Sequence record: NZ_CP103154.1
Source: a plasmid
Reading direction: 5' to 3' (one strand)
Length of the DNA: 64,000 bases
In this document: in pieces, positions 1 through 10,269 of the stretch
Numbering within the stretch: the stretch's first letter is position 1
Layout: each line of letters starts with the position of its first letter
Notes under the pieces: generated by a model
Seen by the model: only the letters and a program-made list of their open reading frames with translations
Databases searched by the model: none
Told to the model about the DNA's origin: nothing
Made by a program: the position numbers and the translations under genes

Positions 1-108
1 ATGGCAAAGAATGCAAGGGCAATGATTACATCACGTTACGAACGCAATAAATTTTGGAAATTGATGCTTGAAGAATACTATCGGCAAATTAAAAATCGAA
101 TTAAATAA
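1..108 (+). CDS. 3' end of an upstream CDS (partial, probably continues left of window)
   Basis: Open frame from position 1 to TAA at 106-108 (MAKNARAMITSRYERNKFWKLMLEEYYRQIKNRIK*); no recognisable family. Confidence 0.3.
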   Translation: MAKNARAMITSRYERNKFWKLMLEEYYRQIKNRIK

Positions 109-113
109 CATCT

Positions 114-1454
114 ATGCAAATCATACTGTTATCCGGCGGTTCTGGTAAACGCCTATGGCCGCTTTCCAATAATACACGGTCAAAACAATTTATCAAACTG
201 TTGACTGCGCCCGATGGCTCGAAAGAGTCGATGGTGCAGCGGGTGGTACGGCAATTACGAGAAACCGGCATCTGTGATTCGATTACTGTGGCAACAAGCC
301 AGTCACAACGGGATATCATCATCAACCAGCTTGGAGAAGAGATTCCTGTAGTTACGGAACCGGAGCGTCGCGATACATTCCCGGCTATCGCTCTCGCAAG
401 CTCGTATTTGGCCTACAAACGAAAATGTTCCACCGATGAGATTATAATCGTCATGCCTTGCGACCCTTATACCGAAACAGGTTATTTTGAAACGATTCGC
501 AGGATAGCGGATGCAGTGAAAAACAATGTAGCCGAACTAGTATTGATGGGAATTAACCCCACATATCCGTCAGCAAAATACGGATATGTAGTGCCAGTCA
601 ATGATGTACAGAACAAAGGAATATTTCAAGTATCACGCTTTACGGAAAAGCCAGATATGATAACTGCCGAGAAACTTATTTCAGAGGGTGCTTTCTGGAA
701 CGGAGGCGTATTCGCTTTTCGGTTGGGGTATATGACAGATATTGTAACCCGACACATCAAAACCGACACTTTTTCAGAAATTCGTTCTCGCTATGGGGAA
801 TTTCCGAAAATCAGTTTTGACTACGAAGTCGCTGAAAAAGCGCAGTCGGTAGCCGTCGTACCTTTTGCCGGAGAGTGGAAAGACCTTGGTACATGGAATA
901 CGTTGACTGATGAACTATCGGAACACACCATGGGCAATGTTGTCATGGATGAAGAATCCGAAAATACCCACGTCATCAACGAACTTGGACTGCCAATCAT
1001 GTGCATTGGCACACGGAATCTAGTTATCGCAGCATCAAATGATGGAATCCTAATTTCGGACAAAGATAAAAGCGAGAACATCAAAACTTACGCTGACTGC
1101 CTACAACATCGGCCAATGTTCGAAGAACGTCGCTGGGGTGAATACAAAGTTGTCGATACCGCCGAGTTTTCCGACGGTTACAAATCACTTACCAAGCAAC
1201 TGAAAATCAAATCCGGTAAGAGTATCAGCTATCAGGTACACCGCCATCGCGATGAAGTCTGGACGTTTATCGACGGCGAGGGAGAACTGGTACTCGATGA
1301 TATCAGGTCGGTTATCAGCAGAGGCGATACGATTACAATCAAGAAAGGTGTTAAACATGCAGTCAGGGCTATCTCTGAATTGACGTTCATCGAGGTGCAG
1401 TCCGGAAATCTACTTGCAGAAGAAGACATTGAACAATTTGACTATAAATGGTAA
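114..1454 (+). CDS. manC: mannose-1-phosphate guanylyltransferase / mannose-6-phosphate isomerase-like (NTP-transferase + C-terminal cupin)
   Basis: N-terminal ILSGGSGKRLWPLS nucleotidyltransferase motif; C-terminal cupin-like segment (QVHRHRDEVWTFIDGEGELVLDD); 446 aa. Confidence 0.8.
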   Translation: MQIILLSGGSGKRLWPLSNNTRSKQFIKLLTAPDGSKESMVQRVVRQLRETGICDSITVATSQSQRDIIINQLGEEIPVVTEPERRDTFPAIALASSYLAYKRKCSTDEIIIVMPCDPYTETGYFETIRRIADAVKNNVAELVLMGINPTYPSAKYGYVVPVNDVQNKGIFQVSRFTEKPDMITAEKLISEGAFWNGGVFAFRLGYMTDIVTRHIKTDTFSEIRSRYGEFPKISFDYEVAEKAQSVAVVPFAGEWKDLGTWNTLTDELSEHTMGNVVMDEESENTHVINELGLPIMCIGTRNLVIAASNDGILISDKDKSENIKTYADCLQHRPMFEERRWGEYKVVDTAEFSDGYKSLTKQLKIKSGKSISYQVHRHRDEVWTFIDGEGELVLDDIRSVISRGDTITIKKGVKHAVRAISELTFIEVQSGNLLAEEDIEQFDYKW

Positions 1455-1809
1455 AATCCTTCGTTAAAACCTCTGACAAAAGAATGAAGTTGGTTTACAA
1501 GAAAGTTATCGAACCTCAATTAGGCAACCTGATATCCATATTGAAAAAGAAATGATAATCTATAGCATTGATTATTATCAACAAGATCAAGATTGTACTC
1601 AATGTGGAAAACATTCGGAATGTATTTGCCGGTAAAATGATAAAATATCACTATCCATATGTAAGTAAGTATATATACCGGACACAGGATCTTGCGAAAG
1701 TAGCTTCGTTTTCAGATTCTAAACCGCAGAAACAGCATTACGCAAAAATTAATGGGTTGGAAAAACTTATTATAAATACTGGTAATGAACCTTTTCATTG
1801 ATTTTTCTA

Positions 1810-2457
1810 ATGAAAAAGACCATCCTTCAATACATGACCGATATCTATCAGGAAGATATTCCCAAACATATCCTTCAAGAAAACAAGATACGCCTGAATT
1901 CTTTTTTCCTGGAACAGGAATCCGTACAGAAGAAAGGGACTCAGTTTATATTCAGATATGCATTCTACTCCGTTGAGAAACCCCGAAAGATCACGAAGCA
2001 GCATCTATTGAAAGAATATGCAGGGGTGCCTTTGGAAAAAAGGAGCGTACAACCGGAACAAATACCCGATATGAAGCAATATAGTGATATAATACTGTAT
2101 GGAGATGCCAGCTCTCCTGAAGCACAGCAACAGCTGGCGGAATACCTCCAACAACATAATTCATTAAAAGTCCAGTTGTCTTTTTTTGACAAGAGAAATG
2201 ATTCCACTAGCAAGGATGAACAAGCCATCGCATATGCGGAACTACAGAAGGCGCTATTTTTTTGCCAAAGAAAAAAGATACCTCTCCTGTTCGTTTCCTT
2301 AAAAGGGATGATAGACGACATCCGTTTTCTCAATCTGCTGGAGGAGAGCCATGTCGATTTCAGATGTATCGATTTTCCATGGTTCTGCAAGGAGAATCTG
2401 CCTCTGATAAAGGCAGTTGTGCTATATGAAAAGTTGGAAATAAGAATAAATGTATAA
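1810..2457 (+). CDS. hypothetical protein
   Basis: 215-aa ORF from MKKTILQYM; no recognisable motif. Confidence 0.45.
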   Translation: MKKTILQYMTDIYQEDIPKHILQENKIRLNSFFLEQESVQKKGTQFIFRYAFYSVEKPRKITKQHLLKEYAGVPLEKRSVQPEQIPDMKQYSDIILYGDASSPEAQQQLAEYLQQHNSLKVQLSFFDKRNDSTSKDEQAIAYAELQKALFFCQRKKIPLLFVSLKGMIDDIRFLNLLEESHVDFRCIDFPWFCKENLPLIKAVVLYEKLEIRINV

Positions 2458-2799
2458 GATATCAAGCTTACAGATTGGACTTCAATGTTGCAGCATTGAG
2501 GTTTATGAGAAACAATTCTAAATATATTTCTGTTTGGCGAAATCTTATTCTAAAAGGAACTCTAAATAAAAGAATCCACCTTCAGATATCTTTCTTCACT
2601 TATCCTCAAAGTATATAATCCAAACATAAATATCAGACCTATTTTCCCTATAACTGAGTAATAAAAAGATTATTCCCCAACACCGTAAACAAAGAAATAA
2701 CAGAAGCACTTTAAAATGGTGTATCTAACTCACTTTTTTAAGGATAATATCCCTGTTACAGTTATCTGTAGCAGGTGATCCTTTCAAATTGGGCATTAG

Positions 2800-2990
2800 A
2801 TGCACCCTTTTCCTTATTCCAACAAATGCGCCTCTTGTAACCTCACCAATTCCCAATACATCTTCAAAAACATCTCCAGATACACCTTCAGACTCGGGAA
2901 ATAGACGAAAGACTTCCAGCAAAAGAAAGGCACATGAATGGCCGTTCATTCGGAACCTCCATTTCTGGATAGCGTTTCTTTGTCCATCCA
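2800..2990. repeat. ~170-190 bp direct repeat, copy 1 (near-identical to 3250-3420)
   Basis: Near-identical sequence at 2800-2990 and 3250-3420 (ccaacaaatgcgcctcttgtaacctcacc... vs cccagcaaatgcacctcctgtaacctcacc...). Confidence 0.8.
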
Positions 2991-3068
2991 AAATAATCTC
3001 TATCGGGACAGAACAATAAACAAAAGCATAAATATCAGGCAAAATTGTCCCGATAAAAGAATTATAAC

Positions 3069-3224
3069 ATGACTATTGAAGATGAAATCCTCCAATACCT
3101 GCACTATCATCCTCTATCAAACAGGGTTGAGATAACGCTTGGGATAACCAATCCTCCCAGTGGCAGGATTGTAAAAAGACTACTGGCCGATGCCGTAACC
3201 AAAGGAATGATAGAAGTACTCTAA
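3069..3224 (+). CDS. small winged-helix DNA-binding-like protein (51 aa), between the two direct repeats
   Basis: ATG 3069 to TAA 3222-3224; MTIEDEILQYLHYHPLSNRVEITLGITNPPSGRIVKRLLADAVTKGMIEVL resembles a MarR/ArsR-like wHTH recognition segment; below the ORF-track size cutoff. Confidence 0.3.
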   Translation: MTIEDEILQYLHYHPLSNRVEITLGITNPPSGRIVKRLLADAVTKGMIEVL

Positions 3225-3249
3225 CAATAGTAGTGCCACTATTTTATAA

Positions 3250-3420
3250 GCAGCACTGCAATTGTTCCTTACCCCAGCAAATGCACCTCCTGTAACCTCA
3301 CCAACCCCAAATACATCTTCAAGAACACCTCCTGATACACCTTCAGATCCGGGAAATAGACGAAAGACTTCCGGGCAAAAGAGAGGCACGTGAATGGCCG
3401 TTCATTCGGAACCTCCATTT
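3250..3420. repeat. ~170 bp direct repeat, copy 2 (overlaps 3' end of CDS 3269..4252)
   Basis: See copy 1; a 1-nt indel between copies changes the encoded C-terminus. Confidence 0.8.
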
Positions 3421-4252
3421 CCGGATAGCGTTTCTTCGCCTGGTCAACCGCCATCTTGTTCAGTGAAGCCACGAAGTTAGCCTGGCGTATCGGATTCCAT
3501 TTCGGGGTTTCAAGAATCACCATCCCATCTTTCCGCTCAGGAATAACCAAATATTCATCCTGCACGTTACGGACGTAATAGCACACAAAAGACAAGGCCT
3601 CATAGACATTATCCCCTACATGAATACCGATAACCCGTTCTTCAACCGGTGTACCGGCAAAGCATTCCGCAATCTGTTTCATGGCATACCCATGCAACAA
3701 GGCAGCATCAGAAGCCAACAGATAAGCCGGTGCGGTACGCTCTCCTCCCTTATCGATGGCAGCAAAGACAGAAGGACTCCAACAGAGATGGATGAGCTTT
3801 CCTTTTTCTTTCTCACGAAGGGAAGCGACACATAAACGGTTATCAAAGACCAAACGGGCTTCTTTCGTTTCCGGATGGAACTGGAACACGTTCCGTACCC
3901 TGTCCGGCTTATGGATATCCATCATCAGATAGCCCTGCCAACCGGACACGTGCTTTGTCTTCAAGACGGTTTCGCTTTCCTCCACATCGAAAAGATAAGA
4001 CAAGAGCTTTTCTCGCTTACAACATACGAAGAGAGAAAGCTCGTCCTGTTCTTTCATCTGCTGCATATCCAAGGAAAGAACAAAAGCCAATTGCCAAGGA
4101 GTAAGCTCGGAAAAGCCATGTAATTCAATACAAGACAACGCATCCTTCTCCGGTGAGTAAACGACATATCCCCGGCCACCTATCTCATATCTCAACATGA
4201 AATCCCCCTGTTCAGTGGGATGATAATTCTGTAAAACGGTCTGATAATTCAT
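3269..4252 (-). CDS. hypothetical protein, co-oriented with the mob genes
   Basis: 327-aa ORF directly downstream of the relaxase on the same strand; no recognisable motifs. Confidence 0.65.
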   Translation of the reverse strand: MNYQTVLQNYHPTEQGDFMLRYEIGGRGYVVYSPEKDALSCIELHGFSELTPWQLAFVLSLDMQQMKEQDELSLFVCCKREKLLSYLFDVEESETVLKTKHVSGWQGYLMMDIHKPDRVRNVFQFHPETKEARLVFDNRLCVASLREKEKGKLIHLCWSPSVFAAIDKGGERTAPAYLLASDAALLHGYAMKQIAECFAGTPVEERVIGIHVGDNVYEALSFVCYYVRNVQDEYLVIPERKDGMVILETPKWNPIRQANFVASLNKMAVDQAKKRYPEMEVPNERPFTCLSFARKSFVYFPDLKVYQEVFLKMYLGLVRLQEVHLLG

Positions 4253-4279
4253 AAAGCAAATATATTAAGTTAGTATTCA

Positions 4280-5680
4280 TCATAATGAGAAATCGGGACC
4301 ACTCTTGCGTTTCCGTTTCTTTTTGGACGGTATGAGATCATCCTCTTGCGACTTCTTCCCGCTGCCGGTAATGTCAAGTTCCGGAATGGCCATAACTCCC
4401 CCACCCTGCATATAGAAAGCCTCACGATCCACCCGCTCACGGAACTCCCCTACCCTATCGATATGTGGCGAGAGACCGACAGCCACACCATCGAAATGCT
4501 TCTGGATATTCTGATAAGTGAGCTTACGGGAAAGATCCGCACCTTTAAAGACATGAGCATTTTCCACGTTTTCCATATAAAAGGAAATCCCGTATGCGCC
4601 TTTGCTGTTTACATGTTCCGTCACACGGATCGATTCTTCCGCCAACCTTTTCTTAAAATCCTCATAGCCTAAAGAAGCGTTCAATGCCTTAAACACATGG
4701 TCATAGAGATAATGCTTCTGTTCATCGGCGCTCATGCCCCGGCCATCAAAACGAATATTACCAAAACGATATTTCTGAGGAAGTGAAACGTCCTTCAGGT
4801 AAAAGCCTGAATCCTTGATGCCATAGACATAATAGGATTTGTCCTTCTTGGTGACCAGACGCATATACAATCCTTCTTGTTCCAGGTTCCTTCGGAAATC
4901 GGATGTACTTTCGGAAAAAGAGTAGATGCGGTCAAGCTGTTGTAACAGTTCATCCTTGAACAAGGGGTTGAAAAAACCTCCTTTTTCCAGCAATGCGAAA
5001 AGGTTGTCATAGCTTTCATCCCCCAATAGGACACGCCATTCTTCATTGGCCAATTTTATTTCTTGCAAGGGTTTATTCAAAGACCGGTATGTATCGGATT
5101 GTTCCAGGACAGCCGATACCTTATCCTTGTAATTATAACTACGCATGGCTTTCTTCAAGGCCGCATCGAAATAATAGTTACGGTATTGCGCCTCTCCCAA
5201 CGTGGTTCTCTTGCCTCCTTCCCTTTCCAAAGGCAACAGACCGTACTTCTGCTCCAGTTCCCTTGAGATCTTTTCGGAACGGCTGTAATTATTTCCGGAA
5301 GGAATGCTTTTGCCTTCTTCATCAATTGTGGTCAGCAGCACATGCACATGGCTGTGTGCCTTGTCGGTATTTAGGACAACGGCATAACAGGACTTTCCGT
5401 ACCCCATCCTCTCGATATATTCCCCGGCAAGAGAAAGCCACTGTTCATCGGAAAGGCTTTCTCCCGGATAGAGGCTCAGAATAAATTCCGCATAAGGTAG
5501 TTTCACCCGGTCATTCAACTGGGAGATAAGTTTCATGTAGGCTGGCATGGCGGCCAGTTCGTCACCAGTGGAGGTGTAAAGCACTTTTCCGTTTCCTTCC
5601 TTGACCTTGGAAAGCTGGTATTCAATTTTCCGGCTCATGGACAGGTGGGATGAGAAAGAAGGTTGTATCTCGGCTATCAT
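4280..5680 (-). CDS. mobB: conjugative relaxase (MobB-like of Bacteroides CTn mob operons; relaxase/mobilisation nuclease family)
   Basis: His-rich metal motif HSHVHVLL in N-terminal third; 466 aa; overlaps stop of the upstream MobC-family gene (5677-5680). Confidence 0.8.
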   Translation of the reverse strand: MIAEIQPSFSSHLSMSRKIEYQLSKVKEGNGKVLYTSTGDELAAMPAYMKLISQLNDRVKLPYAEFILSLYPGESLSDEQWLSLAGEYIERMGYGKSCYAVVLNTDKAHSHVHVLLTTIDEEGKSIPSGNNYSRSEKISRELEQKYGLLPLEREGGKRTTLGEAQYRNYYFDAALKKAMRSYNYKDKVSAVLEQSDTYRSLNKPLQEIKLANEEWRVLLGDESYDNLFALLEKGGFFNPLFKDELLQQLDRIYSFSESTSDFRRNLEQEGLYMRLVTKKDKSYYVYGIKDSGFYLKDVSLPQKYRFGNIRFDGRGMSADEQKHYLYDHVFKALNASLGYEDFKKRLAEESIRVTEHVNSKGAYGISFYMENVENAHVFKGADLSRKLTYQNIQKHFDGVAVGLSPHIDRVGEFRERVDREAFYMQGGGVMAIPELDITGSGKKSQEDDLIPSKKKRKRKSGPDFSL

Positions 5681-5985
5681 AACAATTTCCGGTTAATGGT
5701 TTCTACATCCGAAAGGTATTGGTTAATCCGATCCAATGAATACAATATATTTTCATCGGACGGAAGCGTATTGATATGTTTGGCAAGCTGGTTGATATTG
5801 GCTCCTATTTTACGAAGTTCATATATCATTTGCACATCGGTTTTCGATATGCTTCTGCCTTTCAAGGCAGACTCTCTGATAAAGGAAGAAAGGGATTTTC
5901 CCTCTTCCTTTGAACGTTGAAGAAGCTGTTCTTTCTCGGCTTCCGTCAAGCGGATCTTTATACTTATATCTCGATTCTCTTTCAT
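5677..5985 (-). CDS. mobA: mobilisation accessory protein, MobC family (MobA of Bacteroides CTns)
   Basis: Start trimmed to MKENRDISIKIRL (cat at 5983-5985); ...LRKIGANINQLAKHIN motif typical of MobC-family relaxosome proteins; paralog at 53349..53741. Confidence 0.7.
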   Translation of the reverse strand: MKENRDISIKIRLTEAEKEQLLQRSKEEGKSLSSFIRESALKGRSISKTDVQMIYELRKIGANINQLAKHINTLPSDENILYSLDRINQYLSDVETINRKLL

Positions 5986-6149
5986 ATATACAGAGTATGT
6001 GAGTGTAACGAACATTGGTCGGCAGCTCGGCTGTCGCAAGGTTTTTTGTACCCACAAAAACATACCTTGCATTAGCAAAGATATACAATAATACTCAGCT
6101 GTGAAACAAAACCAGACAAAAGTCTTGATTTCTTAATCCAGATTAACCG

Positions 6150-6300
6150 CTCACTTTGTTACAAAGTAACTACGCACATTGTAACAGGCGAACGGAAAGC
6201 CATTAGTTACAAAATACATAATTACTAATTATATTATTACAAAGTATGAACATACATACTTAATTATAAGATTAAGTATGTACATATTTATATTTATATT
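6150..6300. promoter_or_regulatory. candidate oriT / divergent promoter region between mobA and traA
   Basis: AT-rich intergenic region with inverted repeats GTTACaaaGTAAC (6158-6170) and CATACTTAAT-tataag-ATTAAGTATG (6255-6280), between divergent mob and tra operons. Confidence 0.4.
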
Positions 6301-6417
6301 TATATATGTAATTACTTATACAATTAAGTAAAAAAGTGTATAATAAATTAATTATAAAAGTATGCAATTATTTAATTTATTATTTATATATTTGCGCACA
6401 TACTTAAAAACGTACAT

Positions 6418-7117
6418 TATGGGACAAATATTACCAGGAGTAGTCGTAGCTTTTGAGAATCCCAAGGGCGGGGTAGGGAAGTCTACGCTGACAGCTTTGT
6501 TTGCAGGTTATATTCATTCGCAGTCAAACGAAGAGGGGGGCTTATCCATTGCCGTGGTGGATATCGACGACATGCAGAACACTATCGGAAAATTACGTGA
6601 GGACGAAGCCGAGGACGGAATCATGAAAAAGGAAGAAGAATATGAGGTTATCAATATCTCTTCCTCAGAGTTCATCAACCAACTGGATTTCCTTCAGGAC
6701 AATTACGACATTATACTTGTCGATTTTCCGGGTAACCTGAAACAAAACGGTGTAGTTGAAACGCTGCACTTCGTTGACGTGATCATCATTCCCTTCGAAC
6801 CGAACCAGACCGATTTAAGACCTACATTGACCTTTTACTATAACATCTATGAAGGGATTATCGAAAGCCGTCGAAAGATTGGTAAAAAGACTACCGTGCG
6901 TGGTGTTATGAACCGTGTTCTTCCGAATGTGCTGGAGTTCAAAGAAATTTTGAAAAATAAAAAAACCTTGCCTTTCGAGTTGATGCAAAACTACATCAAG
7001 GATTCAAGGGTTGACTATCAACGCAATTTAAGTACGCTGAGTAAAGCGTACCATCATCCCTGTGATGCTTTCTGTGAAGAGGTATTGGAATTAATCTGTA
7101 ACCATATAGGAGAATAA
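6418..7117 (+). CDS. traA: conjugative transfer protein TraA, ParA/MinD-family ATPase
   Basis: Deviant Walker A ENPKGGVGKST; start moved to MGQILPGV (6418) since the upstream part of the ORF is AT-rich junk. Confidence 0.8.
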
Positions 7118-7121
7118 AGCT

Positions 7122-7604
7122 ATGGCAACCAACAAAGAAAGGACATCATCAGCCGCCATGAGAAAACTCTTGCTGCAAAGCGCCAGTAAGAAAGAGCAGG
7201 AAATCCAGCAGATCGGAAGTGTTGCGGAAAGCACTATCCCCCAACCTGCGATTGAGCACCCCATCCATGAAGAGGTGAAAGAATCGGCTCCAGTCAAAGA
7301 AACCGTCCAAGAACCTCAGCCGGAACAAATGGAAAAGCCGGAATCCAAACCTTCCGTGCAGTCTTCTCCAAAAACAGAAGAAAGCAAAGTCTGCGGAAAA
7401 AAATTCTCGGAATATCTGGAAGAGCGAAAATTAAAGAACACCGAAGTAATCCGGATATCCAGCGAAACCCACAGAAAGCTGAAGCAGATTGCTATGGCCA
7501 CTGGATTAGGAATGCACAACATCGCAAACAACATTCTTGAAGACATATTGACCAGCCATAACAAGGAGATTCAAGCGATACTGAAGAAGTATATGAGCAT
7601 CTGA
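7122..7604 (+). CDS. traB: TraB-like conjugative transfer protein
   Basis: 160-aa acidic/Pro-rich protein immediately after traA, as in Bacteroidales tra operons; assignment by position and composition. Confidence 0.5.
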   Translation: MATNKERTSSAAMRKLLLQSASKKEQEIQQIGSVAESTIPQPAIEHPIHEEVKESAPVKETVQEPQPEQMEKPESKPSVQSSPKTEESKVCGKKFSEYLEERKLKNTEVIRISSETHRKLKQIAMATGLGMHNIANNILEDILTSHNKEIQAILKKYMSI

Positions 7605-7698
7605 TTCTACTTTCGGAAAAATATATACGCCTGTTCGACTGCATCCGTCGGGCAGGCGTTATTTTTGCACACCGTTTTAGTGAAGGCCGGCATTGAAC

Positions 7699-8183
7699 CG
7701 GGACACTTTTACACAACTGCGGAAAAATCCCTTTGCCTATTATCCTGGACAATATGTTAAAGAATTCAAACCTCTACTTGTTTCCACCTCAAAATTTTTT
7801 CCGAAAGTAAGAATACGGTAACAAAATCATTTCTTCGTTTTATTTAGGTTTTTAGGGATTTAAGTATTTGTGGGACACTTTTACACAACTAATAAGGGAG
7901 GTTTTCCGTATAATCAACTATATTATTGCAAGTTAGCACTTACTGGCATCTTCTCGTAACCGGGACACTTCTGCACAACTAACCGACTATTCGGGACACT
8001 TCTGCACAACTGAACAGGAAAGTCGGGATACTTTTACACAACTAGAATCTGCATTCGGGACACTTTTACACAACTAAATCAGGAATCCGGGACACTTCTG
8101 CACAACTAAACCGGCCATTCGGGACACTTTTACACAACTGGGGGATCGGAAACAGCCGTAGTCGGGACACTTTTACACAACTA
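7699..8183 (+). repeat. iteron array 1: nine copies of ~21-bp CGGGACACTT(T/C)TACACAACTA, six of them at a regular 31-32 bp phase
   Basis: Copies at 7699, 7871, 7961, 7992, 8024, 8056, 8088, 8119, 8163; spacing about three helical turns; immediately upstream of CDS 8297..9427. Confidence 0.85.
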
Positions 8184-8296
8184 AATCAAGAAACAGCACG
8201 AAAAAAATGCTTTGGAATCTTCATTTATAGGGAGTTAGATTCACTATCTCCGTAAAAAAACGTATCTTTGCATCAGTAAACAACAAGTGTCCGCCT

Positions 8297-9427
8297 ATGA
8301 AGGAAAGTAATACACAAAAAGAGTTGAGCAGAGTCCCCAGGACTCTCAGCGAGTCTTCCAACACGAAAGTATTGGAAGTTCTATTTGATGCAGGCGGCAC
8401 TGTCATGTCTGACATTATCATTTACGTGGCATCTTCACAAATGAAAGATCTGTTCGGCGACTGCTGGTTCTCCATCAACGATTTTTGTGAGGTCATGGGG
8501 TATGAACGAACCAAGTTGCAACGAAAACTGACCGAGAAGCAGCTTGATTTCCTGTTCAGCAACCAACGTCCGGTATATATCACCGAACAGAACGGCCAAA
8601 AGATAGAGCATCCGATAGAGAACACCTTTGAAGCGGCGTTATACCGTTTAGGGACATCCAACCTCAGTGTAGCATACGCCATGAACGGCAAGACGCAATA
8701 TAAGTTCATTCAAATACTGGACCGCTTTGAGATAAAGGATAACTTCGGCACGAAAAAGCGCACCAAGCGGAATTACAACGTGCATCTGAGCAAAGATCTG
8801 ATGAATACTTTGCTTACCGAATACAATCTGCTGGAACTGAAAGACTACCGTAACCTGCCCAACCGCAAAGGCTACCGCAAGTTTTATCTGAACCTGGCGA
8901 AAATGATTTACCTGATCAAGTATAAGATTGACCAAGGACAAGCACCTTATTTCACCGTTACGGTTGACCAACTTGCCAAGGAATTTGATGTAACGGTAAA
9001 GGACAACCATGACCGGAAGAAGAAGGTGACCAGCATCTTAAACGGTATCAACAAAAAGCTGGAGAGAACCAAATTCCAATACCAGTACATCAAAGGAAAA
9101 GGGGAGAAGTGGCCCTACACCGTACAGTTTTTCTTTGACCAGGAAACATTGGAATATTTCGACGAAAAGATAAAGGCGATACTGACCTCGCAATATCACG
9201 ATGCGCTTAAATCATGCTTCTTGTTAAACAAGAAAGGCATTCCCGTGAGCAGACATTATCAATATAAGGATTTCTTTAAATTGGGAACCGGCGAATATTA
9301 TCATGAATTTACCGCATGGCTTTATTCTGAAGAGGACAAGGAGATTAAGGAGAACATCTACCGGGATATCTATATAAAGGTAGTAGGCATTCGTCCAGAA
9401 GACCTTGCCGTCAACTTAAATCCCTAA
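8297..9427 (+). CDS. iteron-associated protein (putative replication-initiator-like or iteron-binding protein; family not recognised)
   Basis: 376 aa; paralog of 50408..51616 (N-terminal KELSRVPRTLSES...DLFGDCWFSINDFCEVMGYERTKLQRKL vs KELIRVPRVLGES...DLFGTSWFSVEDFCRKMGYDRTNLQRKL); both copies adjoin an iteron array. Confidence 0.75.
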   Translation: MKESNTQKELSRVPRTLSESSNTKVLEVLFDAGGTVMSDIIIYVASSQMKDLFGDCWFSINDFCEVMGYERTKLQRKLTEKQLDFLFSNQRPVYITEQNGQKIEHPIENTFEAALYRLGTSNLSVAYAMNGKTQYKFIQILDRFEIKDNFGTKKRTKRNYNVHLSKDLMNTLLTEYNLLELKDYRNLPNRKGYRKFYLNLAKMIYLIKYKIDQGQAPYFTVTVDQLAKEFDVTVKDNHDRKKKVTSILNGINKKLERTKFQYQYIKGKGEKWPYTVQFFFDQETLEYFDEKIKAILTSQYHDALKSCFLLNKKGIPVSRHYQYKDFFKLGTGEYYHEFTAWLYSEEDKEIKENIYRDIYIKVVGIRPEDLAVNLNP

Positions 9428-9671
9428 AAGTTGGAACAAAAACCATAAAATAGTATCTTTGCAGCGGATTGTCAGAAAATTGGCAGCCCGCTTTTTACAT
9501 ACGTCCGTCTGTCTAACAAAAGAGTGGCATCTATCGTTAAGGAATTAACAACAACAGGCGCATGCCTGTACCAGTATGAAACTGGTACGGGGCGTGCCTT
9601 TGTTGTTGGAACGCCACGTCCATGTTAGAGGGTACGTTTCCGTACCCTTATATAAACATAAAACAAATTCA

Positions 9672-10265
9672 ATGGTTCAAACAATTGCCACCCTGATAGA
9701 TGAGACGCTCATGGTAATGGGCGCCCATCTTCACGTGCGGATGACAGACGAAGAAAAGGCGTATCTTGATGCTCATTTCGAGCTTATCCATATCAAAAAG
9801 GGAGAACACCTCGTCACCAGGGGCGAGGAAGTATGCTACCTCTATTATCTGGAATCCGGCATCGTCCGGTTATGGTTTCCGGACAAAGAGAATAGAGAGA
9901 TTTCAGCACGGTTTATCCAAGCCAAAGAGTTCATCAATTTTTTCCTTTCACATGAAGAACACCATGCCCACTACAATATCAAGGCATTGGAGCCATGCAA
10001 GATCTGGAGATTGCCCAAAAAAGATCTTCATCAGCTATATGAGTTATCCATCAATTTCAACAAGCTGGCCAGAATACATTTGGTAAGATCCATCAACCGC
10101 AAAATAATAAGGGAAGAGGAGTTTTACACACTGGATGCCGAAGCGCGTTACAAAGCGCTTTTGGCCAATGAAAAATGGCTGTTACGTTCAATACCCTTAA
10201 AAGACATAGCAAGTTATATCGGCATCACGCCACAAGCATTGAGCAACATCCGAAAGCGCATATAA
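9672..10265 (+). CDS. Crp/Fnr-family transcriptional regulator
   Basis: cNMP-binding-like segment (KGEHLVTRGEEVCYLYYLESGIVRLW) and C-terminal HTH region; start set at MVQTIATL (9672). Confidence 0.7.
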   Translation: MVQTIATLIDETLMVMGAHLHVRMTDEEKAYLDAHFELIHIKKGEHLVTRGEEVCYLYYLESGIVRLWFPDKENREISARFIQAKEFINFFLSHEEHHAHYNIKALEPCKIWRLPKKDLHQLYELSINFNKLARIHLVRSINRKIIREEEFYTLDAEARYKALLANEKWLLRSIPLKDIASYIGITPQALSNIRKRI

Positions 10266-10269
10266 ACCA

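Noticed and set aside
7699-8183. Could the regularly spaced 21-bp repeats be a CRISPR array?
   Set aside because: The repeats are only 21 bp, with ~10-bp spacers and irregular outer spacing. They are imperfect, and a second array of the same repeats sits beside a paralogous protein. There is no cas context. This is iteron-like, not CRISPR.
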